DNA from: a virus
Length of the DNA stretch: 40,393 nt
Reading direction: 5' to 3' (one strand)
Virus record (IMG/VR): IMGVR_UViG_3300023223_000157
Coordinates: 1-40,393 of that record
Shown: positions 19,250 through 26,090 of the stretch, in pieces
How the letters are laid out: every line of letters begins with the position of its first letter
Numbering within the stretch: the stretch's first letter is position 1
Notes under the pieces: generated by a model
What the model saw: the letters and a program-made list of their open reading frames with translations, nothing else
Databases searched by the model: none
What the model was told of the DNA's origin: nothing
Made by a program: the position numbers and the translations under genes

Positions 19250-19749
19250 AATACTTTTTCCTATTATTGGGGCTTATGGTGTTCACTGGATGCAACCCCA
19301 CCAAGCACGCCCAGAAGAAAATAGCACGCATAGTCAAAAGACATCCCGAGGTGTTGGTTAAGGATACCGTTATGGTTACAGGCTTCGTGGAAGTTGAAAA
19401 AGTCCGAGTCGATACTGTTCTCGCTGTAGAACGATTTGAGACCATGGTACACGATACCATCGAAATAGTAAATGATCGCGTTAGCGTTAGGATCTACACC
19501 AATACGGAGCACGACTCGATCTTTATTGAGGCTCAATGTGACACTCTTAGAGTTCCGTTTGCAGTCCCCTACGCTGTTGAGCGCATAGTAGTTAAAGAAC
19601 TGAGCTGGTATGGTCGAAATGGCTGGTGGTTTTTGCCTCTACTGCTTTTGATTATTGCCGGCATAGTGTACAGATGGAAGTCGGGAACGACCGTAAAAAT
19701 AACATTAGACATTCCAGAGGAGGAAGATCCAGAAGATTTACTACCTTAG
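19246..19749 (+). CDS. Lipoprotein with a C-terminal TM anchor (167 aa); unimolecular-spanin-like.
   Basis: The ATG overlaps the endolysin stop (ATGA). Signal peptide plus lipobox MKYFFLLLGLMVFTGC. C-terminal helix WWFLPLLLLIIAGIVYRW followed by an acidic tail. The track's longer ORF (18988) is an out-of-frame extension into the CHAP gene. Confidence 0.55.
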   Translation: MKYFFLLLGLMVFTGCNPTKHAQKKIARIVKRHPEVLVKDTVMVTGFVEVEKVRVDTVLAVERFETMVHDTIEIVNDRVSVRIYTNTEHDSIFIEAQCDTLRVPFAVPYAVERIVVKELSWYGRNGWWFLPLLLLIIAGIVYRWKSGTTVKITLDIPEEEDPEDLLP

Positions 19750-19792
19750 CTAGGTATTCATGTATTTGAATTTGTTATAATTTTCCTAAAGG

Positions 19793-19822
19793 AGCCTCAC
19801 TTTTCCCAGTGGGGCTTTTTTG
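19793..19822 (+). terminator. Rho-independent terminator ending the late (structural/lysis) transcription unit.
   Basis: 9-bp stem AGCCTCACT / AGTGGGGCT (one G-U), 6-nt loop, then TTTTTT. Confidence 0.75.
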
Positions 19823-19832
19823 TGTTCTAAAG

Positions 19833-19861
19833 TTTGAGAGGTTTCTAGTATTCTAATATTG
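19833..19861 (+). promoter_or_regulatory. Candidate Bacteroidota-type early promoter.
   Basis: TTTG (19833-36), then 17 nt, then TAATATTG (19854-61), a near match to TAnnTTTG. It contains TTCTAGTAT. Confidence 0.4.
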
Positions 19862-19894
19862 TTATATCTTAGTTCCAAATTAAAACAAATATAT

Positions 19895-20710
19895 ATGAGT
19901 GCAGTAAGCAAAATTAAAACAGAGTTGCGTTTAATAACGCCGGCTATAGCAAAGGATATGCTGAAACGAAATTTCGGAAATAGGAGGTTAAACCTACGTA
20001 ACGTAGGCTTCCTATGTAAAGAAATGAAAATTGGAAATTGGAAGTTTGACGGACAGCCGTTGAGATTTACAGCGAGTCACCAACTATTAGACGGCCAACA
20101 TCGACTAGAGGCGTTAATAGAGGCTGATATGTCTTTAGAATTTTTAGTAATTACCGGGGTTAACCCAGATGCATTCACTGTAATGGACACCGGTAAAAAT
20201 AGAAACTCATCAGATATATTTTCTATTGAGGGAATCGAAAACTATTCTAACGTAGCCGCAGCAACACGTATGATTTGTATGACTCAAAACGGGAAACACG
20301 CAGACACATACGGGGCTTACAAGCCATCGAACACGGACCTGTTGGATTTCTATAGTGAGAATAAGAGTATATCGAAATATGTTGAGAATGCAGACTTTCT
20401 TTACAGGTCATTTAATCGAGTAATATCTACGTCTCACATAGCAGCATACGGCTTTCTTATGGCTGAATTAAACGTGCAAGAATCCGAGGAGTTTTGGAAG
20501 AAAGTTTGTACCGGTGTAGGGATTGACGAAGGCTGCCCTACTGGGGCGCTAAGAAGCAAGTTAATAGCCGACAAGATGAGCCTGAAAAAGATCCCTAGAA
20601 ATGATAAGAAGGGGCTTATTTTTAAGGCTTGGAACTTCTACAGGAAAGGTGCAGACGTTAAGTTCTTGAGATATAACGCTCAAACTGAAGGTGTGCCAGA
20701 ACTAATTTAA
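19895..20710 (+). CDS. ParB-like nuclease domain protein (ATG at 19895).
   Basis: N-terminal pattern ...GNRRLNLRNVGFLCKEMKIGNWKFDGQPLRF...LLDGQHRLEAL is typical of phage ParB/Srx-fold proteins. Confidence 0.65.
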   Translation: MSAVSKIKTELRLITPAIAKDMLKRNFGNRRLNLRNVGFLCKEMKIGNWKFDGQPLRFTASHQLLDGQHRLEALIEADMSLEFLVITGVNPDAFTVMDTGKNRNSSDIFSIEGIENYSNVAAATRMICMTQNGKHADTYGAYKPSNTDLLDFYSENKSISKYVENADFLYRSFNRVISTSHIAAYGFLMAELNVQESEEFWKKVCTGVGIDEGCPTGALRSKLIADKMSLKKIPRNDKKGLIFKAWNFYRKGADVKFLRYNAQTEGVPELI

Positions 20711-20712
20711 AT

Positions 20713-20964
20713 ATGAGTATAGAAAAATTCTACGTCCCCAAAGAAAAGCAAGCCGTAACACGAGATTTTGTTTCCATGTGTAGAGATATGGGGTTGAACT
20801 ACAGCAACTTACTCCTATCTTTCATGGAGCGGTTTGTCGATGAAAACACGTGTGGAAATTGTAATGGAACTGGGGAGGTAGAATTTAGAGAGGAGTGTGG
20901 GCGTACAGCTTCGTACTGTTGCGGGGGTTGCTATGAGAGCGGCTCCTGCCCCGAATGTAATTAA
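20713..20964 (+). CDS. Small Cys-rich zinc-finger protein (DnaJ-type CxxCxGxG).
   Basis: CGNCNGTGEVE ... CCGGCYESGSCPEC. Confidence 0.45.
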   Translation: MSIEKFYVPKEKQAVTRDFVSMCRDMGLNYSNLLLSFMERFVDENTCGNCNGTGEVEFREECGRTASYCCGGCYESGSCPECN

Positions 20965-20987
20965 CAACATCACTAAAAATAAAACAC

Positions 20988-21188
20988 ATGACCCAAACAC
21001 AAGTAACTTGGACAGCCCGAGACCAAGACCGATACGATAAATTGATTAACTTACAGGACTCTGCAACTATCCAACAAGTTGAGGAGCGCAAGGAATTAGC
21101 ACTAATACTCCTAGCACTAGAAGATAAAATCCAACATAATGACCTCAAAACAGACCCCCAAAAAACTAACGCTAGTAGCTGCGTTTGA
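20988..21188 (+). CDS. Hypothetical protein (66 aa).
   Basis: Preceded by the AAAAATAAAACACATG start context. Its 3' end overlaps recT by 50 nt, so its extent is uncertain. Confidence 0.3.
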   Translation: MTQTQVTWTARDQDRYDKLINLQDSATIQQVEERKELALILLALEDKIQHNDLKTDPQKTNASSCV

Positions 21189-21915
21189 TCAAAACAATGT
21201 AAAAAAACGCTTTGAAGACATGCTCGGTAAACGAGCAGCCGGGTTTACAAGCTCCGTACTACAAGCAGTCAACAATAACAAGCTACTCAAGACTGCCAGC
21301 ATTGAAAGTATAATGGGTGCAGCGGCCACAGCGGCCAGTTTAAACCTGCCAATTAACCCCAATCTAGGCTTTGCATATCTGGTTCCATATGGGAGCGAGT
21401 GCCAGTTTCAAATAGGCTGGAAAGGGTTTGTACAATTAGCACTTAGAACTAACCAGTATAAGAACATTAATGTAGTGCTGGTTTACGAAAATCAGTTCAA
21501 ATCTTGGAACGCCTTAACGGAGGAGCTTGACGCAGATTTTCATATCGAGGGCGAAGGTAAGGTAGTAGGTTACGCGGCTTACTTTAGGCTGACATCAGGC
21601 TTTGAAAAGACCGTTTACTGGACTCGAGAGAAGACGGAGGCGCACGCAAAGAAGTATTCCAAATCATACGCCAAAGGCTTCGGAGTTTGGGCAGACGGTG
21701 AGGACGGGTTCAACGCTATGGGATTAAAGACAGTCCTTAAAAACACCATTTCCAAATGGGGTATTATGTCCGTGGATATGGAACACGCTGTGCAGGCCGA
21801 CCAGTCCGTACAACTTACTGAAGGTGAGCACACCTACCCAGATAATGACTATGACGAGCACGAGGTTGTCGAGGAGAAGAAAGCGGCTATGAAGAAAGCT
21901 GTTAAGCTTCCATGA
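21139..21915 (+). CDS. recT: RecT-family single-strand annealing recombinase.
   Basis: Characteristic stretch GAAATAASLNLPINPNLGFAYLVPYG...QFQIGWKGFVQLALRTNQYKNI. Confidence 0.8.
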   Translation: MTSKQTPKKLTLVAAFDQNNVKKRFEDMLGKRAAGFTSSVLQAVNNNKLLKTASIESIMGAAATAASLNLPINPNLGFAYLVPYGSECQFQIGWKGFVQLALRTNQYKNINVVLVYENQFKSWNALTEELDADFHIEGEGKVVGYAAYFRLTSGFEKTVYWTREKTEAHAKKYSKSYAKGFGVWADGEDGFNAMGLKTVLKNTISKWGIMSVDMEHAVQADQSVQLTEGEHTYPDNDYDEHEVVEEKKAAMKKAVKLP

Positions 21916-24014
21916 TCGGCCACGTACACGCCTGTAAGGGCATGACAAAGGACGAATTCGAAGACCATTTTAGCCAGTTCATAATCAACTCATGGTCCTA
22001 TTCTAAAGTAAATTCATTCGCCAGAAACGAGAAGGCGTTTGAAATGAATTACATCTATCGAAATCCGTTTAAGAATTCAGCCTCAAGCGTAGCAGGAAAC
22101 GCATACCATGAAGCTCTCCGTAATTTTTTTACAGCAAAGCAAGAGAGCACTCCCCTACCCGATCTTGTTGAGCTTCAATACGTTGCATTCGAGTACATAG
22201 ACGCAGTAGAACCCAAAGACTGGAAGATCCAGAAGACCACCCCAACCGTGGAGCAGTGTATAGTTAAGTCCACTAAGATCAGTACGGTGATCCTAGAGAA
22301 CTTTATGGCTGAGCTGAGCCTGTACACTGAGAACATGGGCGAGATAATGGGAATCGAGATGAAGTTACGGGAGTTTGTAGCGGTCAACGGCGTGGACGTT
22401 CCCCTACCCTGCCACGCTATTATAGATCTGGTATTCAAGACCTTAGACGGCAAAGTGGTTATCTTAGATCACAAGTCTAAAGCCAGCTTTACAGATGAGA
22501 AAGCCCTGAAATTCACAATGGGTAAGCAAGCCATGACCTACGTACTGGCCTATGAGTCTTACACCGGGATTCAGGTTGACGAGGTATGGTTCGTAGAGAA
22601 CAAAACATCTAAGAACCGGGACGGATCTCCACAGCTTAATTGCTTCAAGGTGGTACTGGATGACAACACTCGGAGACTATACGAAGCCATGCTGTACGAA
22701 CCCCTCAAAAAAATGATCGAGGCCGTATCAGATCCCGACTATACATACATGATTAATGATGCGGACAGTTTTACGGACACCGCAGAAATGTATGAGTTCT
22801 GGACCCGTACAATGATAGCAGAGGTAGAAGATTTCGACATCCCGGAGGACAAAAAGGATATGATCCAGAAGCGGTTAAAGAAGATCCGGGACGTGACTAT
22901 TGCAACGGTTGACCCGAAGACCATTAAGAAGTTCCAAGAGCACGCAGCCGAGTTTATACAGTACGATTTAAGTAATAAAAATATGACCAATCAACAAAAG
23001 ATCCAGCACGTACTCCGTGCATTCTCAATACTCGTTAAGATCCCATACAAGTTTGACGGCTATAGCTCCGATACATTCCTGTTAGAAGTCTCTGCGGGTA
23101 CAAGCATAGCAACCATACACCGGCACCGGTTAGATATAGCCTCTGCCCTATCCGTTCCATCGGTTCGCATAATGAAAAACCTATACGTCCACGAGGGTAA
23201 ATCATACGTGGCCATCGAGGCGGCAAAGACCCGGGAGAAGGATCTCATTTACCACGAGTCGTATCTGGAGGACATGAAGATCCCTATAGGTATAGACAAC
23301 TTCGGTAATACCATTGTATGGGATCTAGATAACCAATCTACGCCCCATGCCTTAGTCTGTGGTGCAACCGGTAGCGGTAAATCCGTATGCGTTGAGTCCG
23401 TAATCAATTACGCCCTACTGGCAGGTGTTAAGGACATTATAATATTCGATCCTAAGCACGAGTTTAGAACCGCTGATTTCGCTACGCATAGATATGTGAA
23501 GATCTACAGTGATATTGAAATTATTGAGGTGGTAATGGCCGAGCTTGTCGAGGACATGAACGACCGGATAAAGAGAAACAGGTCACACAAAACCCTAGTG
23601 ATATTCGATGAGTTCGCTACGGCTTTTGCCAACTCAAAGAAAGGTAAATCATTAGAGATCAGGGAACTGCGAGAGGTTGGAACCTACAAAGATGGTTCAC
23701 CTAAAATGAAGGAACACGTAGTGAGTGTACTAAAATCACTTGAGGAGAATTTAACACTCTTACTACAGTTGGGCCGCTCGTCTGGTTTTAGAGTCATGGC
23801 TGCCACTCAAAGGGCTTCAGCTAAGGTAATAACCGGAGACGCGAAGGTGAATCTTCCGGTACTAATTTGTTTCAGGGTTAATAAGGCAATCGACTCAAAA
23901 GTGGTGCTGGATGAAGACGGAGCAGAGAACCTATCAGGCAAAGGTGACGGCCTCATGAATAGCCCGGAGTACATGGGTCTGGTCCGCTTCCAGTCGTTCT
24001 ACAAGCCTAGCTAA
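21912..24014 (+). CDS. Fusion protein (700 aa): N-terminal PD-(D/E)XK (Cas4/RecB-like) nuclease and C-terminal FtsK/SpoIIIE-type ATPase.
   Basis: Nuclease core ...HAIIDLVF...VVILDHKSK. Walker A ALVCGATGSGKSV, Walker B TLVIFDEFA, followed by ...ATQRAS. ATGA overlap with recT. Confidence 0.65.
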   Translation: MIGHVHACKGMTKDEFEDHFSQFIINSWSYSKVNSFARNEKAFEMNYIYRNPFKNSASSVAGNAYHEALRNFFTAKQESTPLPDLVELQYVAFEYIDAVEPKDWKIQKTTPTVEQCIVKSTKISTVILENFMAELSLYTENMGEIMGIEMKLREFVAVNGVDVPLPCHAIIDLVFKTLDGKVVILDHKSKASFTDEKALKFTMGKQAMTYVLAYESYTGIQVDEVWFVENKTSKNRDGSPQLNCFKVVLDDNTRRLYEAMLYEPLKKMIEAVSDPDYTYMINDADSFTDTAEMYEFWTRTMIAEVEDFDIPEDKKDMIQKRLKKIRDVTIATVDPKTIKKFQEHAAEFIQYDLSNKNMTNQQKIQHVLRAFSILVKIPYKFDGYSSDTFLLEVSAGTSIATIHRHRLDIASALSVPSVRIMKNLYVHEGKSYVAIEAAKTREKDLIYHESYLEDMKIPIGIDNFGNTIVWDLDNQSTPHALVCGATGSGKSVCVESVINYALLAGVKDIIIFDPKHEFRTADFATHRYVKIYSDIEIIEVVMAELVEDMNDRIKRNRSHKTLVIFDEFATAFANSKKGKSLEIRELREVGTYKDGSPKMKEHVVSVLKSLEENLTLLLQLGRSSGFRVMAATQRASAKVITGDAKVNLPVLICFRVNKAIDSKVVLDEDGAENLSGKGDGLMNSPEYMGLVRFQSFYKPS

Positions 24015-24127
24015 ATAACCAACGAGTTAACCCACATAATAACCAACGTAAACACAACAACAGTAATCGATACAAGCACCTAGCAACCATCGAAACAACC
24101 ATCGATATAACCATCAAAACAACCAAG
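24015..24127 (+). repeat. Intergenic iteron array (AACCAWC units phased at 12 bp).
   Basis: ATAACCAACG at 24015 and 24039. AACCATC at 24085, 24097 and 24109, and AACCAAG at 24121, giving exact 12-bp spacing. Confidence 0.55.
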
Positions 24128-24147
24128 TAACTTACACCGATAATTTT

Positions 24148-24175
24148 CTACCGCCACTTCTCTATTGTAGTATGC
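24148..24175 (+). promoter_or_regulatory. Copy 2 of the bipartite motif CTAYMGCCACTTC-N6-GTARYATGC.
   Basis: CTACCGCCACTTC (24148-60), 6 nt, GTAGTATGC (24167-75), then 4 nt to the GTG start at 24180. Confidence 0.45.
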
Positions 24176-24179
24176 GTCT

Positions 24180-24533
24180 GTGAAAGATCACAGGATTTAT
24201 TATGGTAGAGAGTCTGGCTTCCAAGAGAGCGCAGCACGTTACTTAGATTCGTTGGGTGTCCTATGGTTCCATTGTCCAAACGGTGGAGCACGTACCATCA
24301 AGGCAGGGGCTAACCTGAAGCGTCAAGGCATGAAAGCAGGTTTCCCGGACATTTGTATACTGGAGCCTAGGGGCAGCCATCACGGGCTTATGATTGAGCT
24401 GAAGGTAGATAAGAACCAACCACTACCCCATCAAATTAAATGGCTTAATTGTCTGAATGCCAGAGGGTATAAGGCTGTATGGACTAATAGCCTAGATCAT
24501 TTTATAGAAATAGTAGACGAGTATCTGAAATAA
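24180..24533 (+). CDS. VRR-NUC domain nuclease (GTG start).
   Basis: GFPDICILEP...GLMIELKV...HQIKWLNCLNARGY matches the VRR-NUC D..ExK..Q layout. Confidence 0.7.
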   Translation: MKDHRIYYGRESGFQESAARYLDSLGVLWFHCPNGGARTIKAGANLKRQGMKAGFPDICILEPRGSHHGLMIELKVDKNQPLPHQIKWLNCLNARGYKAVWTNSLDHFIEIVDEYLK

Positions 24534-24537
24534 ATAT

Positions 24538-24545
24538 TACATTTG
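24538..24545 (+). promoter_or_regulatory. TAnnTTTG box (TACATTTG).
   Basis: Exact match to the Bacteroidota -7 consensus, 5 nt after the VRR-NUC stop. It may be coincidental. Confidence 0.3.
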
Positions 24546-24549
24546 TACC

Positions 24550-24632
24550 GGTAGGAATTTGTGGTGAATTCATCTACCAATGTGTAAACATCCCTCAGCT
24601 CGAATTGGACTCGATGAGGGGTTTTTTATTTT
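24550..24632 (+). ncRNA. Structured unit A: hairpin 24550-24578 plus a terminator hairpin with a T-run at 24592-24632.
   Basis: GGTAG-GAATT / AATTC-(AT)-CTACC hairpin, then CCCTCA..TCGA / TCGA..TGAGGG followed by GTTTTTT. This may simply be the operon terminator. Confidence 0.35.
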
Positions 24633-24666
24633 CCCCCATAGTTAATCCTGTGGGGGTTTTTTATTT
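24633..24666 (+). terminator. Second tandem terminator hairpin.
   Basis: CCCCCAT / GTGGGGG stem, 10-nt loop, then TTTTTT. Confidence 0.6.
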
Positions 24667-24678
24667 AATAGAATGTTC

Positions 24679-24686
24679 TATATTTG
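24679..24686 (+). promoter_or_regulatory. TAnnTTTG box (TATATTTG) driving structured element B.
   Basis: Exact consensus match, 10 nt upstream of the element B closing stem. Confidence 0.45.
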
Positions 24687-24695
24687 TATCCATTC

Positions 24696-24781
24696 CCGGA
24701 TCTGACTGTATGGAATAACGAAAGTGAAAGCCTTCGTACAATTACCAAGTCAGATCTGGTATGAAGTACGGGGGTTTTTTT
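24696..24781 (+). ncRNA. Structured RNA element B (candidate sRNA).
   Basis: 12-bp closing stem CCGGATCTGACT (24696-707) / AGTCAGATCTGG (24748-759). Inner hairpin ACGAA/TTCGT. Tail ends TACGGGGGTTTTTTT. No ORF. Confidence 0.45.
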
Positions 24782-24808
24782 GTTGGATTAAAACCCCTTG
24801 TATATAGT

Positions 24809-24845
24809 GGCCGGGGGAGAGGGGTCTGCCCCGGCTTTATTTTTA
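24809..24845 (+). terminator. Strong GC terminator downstream of element B.
   Basis: GCCGGGG / CCCCGGC stem (24810-16 / 24829-35) followed by TTTATTTTT. Confidence 0.7.
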
Positions 24846-24875
24846 TCCTATTCTAGTTTATTAGAAAAAAAGTAT

Positions 24876-24883
24876 TATATTTG
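24876..24883 (+). promoter_or_regulatory. TAnnTTTG box (TATATTTG) driving element C and probably the replication genes.
   Basis: Exact consensus match, 12 nt upstream of the element C closing stem. TTCTAGTTT lies upstream. Confidence 0.45.
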
Positions 24884-24894
24884 TAGCACGTTTC

Positions 24895-24981
24895 CTTCCT
24901 ACATTACGAAACAAAGACATTAAAAACTAACCTCTGTATGAGGGTTGACGTAGGAAGCAGCCGGATTACAGGGGTTTTTTT
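24895..24981 (+). ncRNA. Structured RNA element C, a paralogue of B; candidate sRNA or 5' leader of the initiator mRNA.
   Basis: 8-bp closing stem CTTCCTAC (24895-902) / GTAGGAAG (24950-957). Inner hairpin CCTC/GAGG. Tail ends TACAGGGGTTTTTTT. Same architecture and length as B but with a different stem sequence. Confidence 0.45.
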
Positions 24982-25075
24982 GTACCCTAAATTTGGTAAA
25001 CCATATTCGAAAAAAAGATTACTTTTATAAGCTGCGGCCGATGCACTTGCGACCGCTAGACCCCAATTCTCTCAA

Positions 25076-26077
25076 GTGCTTGACCAATACCGTAATCCAA
25101 CAATGCAACTAGGTTTCATAACCCTACACCGGCAAATCCAAGATCATTGGATATCCCAAAAACCAGAATATTTCCATGCGTGGTGCCTTATATTAATGAA
25201 TGTAAACCACTCGGATAAGAGCGTATTAATCGGAAACACCACCTATAAAATGAGCCGGGGCGAGTCTTGTAGGTCTATAGATTCGTGGATAAAACTATGG
25301 GGAGGTAAGTGGACTAGACAGAAGGCGAGGGGGTTTTTTAAGCTTTTGGAAAGTGATCAAATGTTAACCATCGAAACAACCAACCAAACAACCATCGTAA
25401 AGGTCTGTAACTATGACAGTTACCAACATCCGCAACCATCAAAAAAACCAACGGAACAACCATCAAATAACCATCAAATAACCACTAACAACAATGTAAA
25501 CAATGATAATAAGAAAGTAAAAAAGAAAGAGAGTAAAGAAAAAAGCTCTCTCTCTCGTGAAGTTGAAAAAGGATCTTTCCATCCGCCGGGTACGATAAGC
25601 AAAAACAAAATGATCCTGCCACAGGATGAACCCGAACCGCCACCGGTAGGAAAGTGGAACCCAACCCATACCGGGTACGTGGTCATCGAGGACAGGGAGG
25701 ACATGCACCCACCGCCAAACAACAAAAGATTTTTACAATCGTGTTTCTATGCCTATGACTCTGTGATGGCTCTGCTACCCAAAACATTCAAACCTAGCGA
25801 TAGGGGCAAAGCGGAATGGTTCAACGCTATCGATCAGCTCCTACACGTTCTGAAGTATGGAGACAATCATTTCACCACCGAGCAAATAGTTTTGGCTGTA
25901 CACTTAGCCCGTGATAGCAAAGGGTACTGGAAGAAAAGAATTAAAACCGTGATCGACTTAACCGATGAGATGAAAGGCATGTTGAACATAATCCACATAC
26001 TTGACGAGTTGAAAGATGACCCGAAGCTAGACAAAAACAAAGCGGTAATGATGAAAGTAAAACCATACCCACAGTAA
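25076..26077 (+). CDS. Replication initiator / helicase-loader-like protein (GTG at 25076, or ATG at 25103).
   Basis: The N-terminal winged-helix-like segment (GFITLHRQIQDHW...YKMSRGESCRSIDSWIKLWGGKWTRQKARGFFKLLE) resembles phage O/DnaD-type initiators. It has a low-complexity Pro/Asn/Lys linker and lies directly upstream of dnaB. Confidence 0.5.
   Translation: MLDQYRNPTMQLGFITLHRQIQDHWISQKPEYFHAWCLILMNVNHSDKSVLIGNTTYKMSRGESCRSIDSWIKLWGGKWTRQKARGFFKLLESDQMLTIETTNQTTIVKVCNYDSYQHPQPSKKPTEQPSNNHQITTNNNVNNDNKKVKKKESKEKSSLSREVEKGSFHPPGTISKNKMILPQDEPEPPPVGKWNPTHTGYVVIEDREDMHPPPNNKRFLQSCFYAYDSVMALLPKTFKPSDRGKAEWFNAIDQLLHVLKYGDNHFTTEQIVLAVHLARDSKGYWKKRIKTVIDLTDEMKGMLNIIHILDELKDDPKLDKNKAVMMKVKPYPQ
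25366..25486 (+). repeat. In-gene iteron clusters (AACCATC family, 11-12-bp phasing) inside the initiator gene.
   Basis: AACCATC at 25366, AACCAAC at 25378, AACCATC at 25390. Then AACCATC 25434, AACCAAC 25446, AACCATC 25458, AACCATC 25469 and AACCACT 25480. Confidence 0.55.
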
Positions 26078-26090
26078 AAAAATAAGACAC

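Noticed and set aside
24536-25075. Possible CRISPR mini-array, suggested by repeated G-run/T-run hairpins at semi-regular intervals.
   Set aside because: The repeated parts are only GGGG(G)TTTTTT tails. There are no constant-length direct repeats of 24-48 bp separated by unique spacers, and no cas genes. Terminators and structured RNAs are a better fit.
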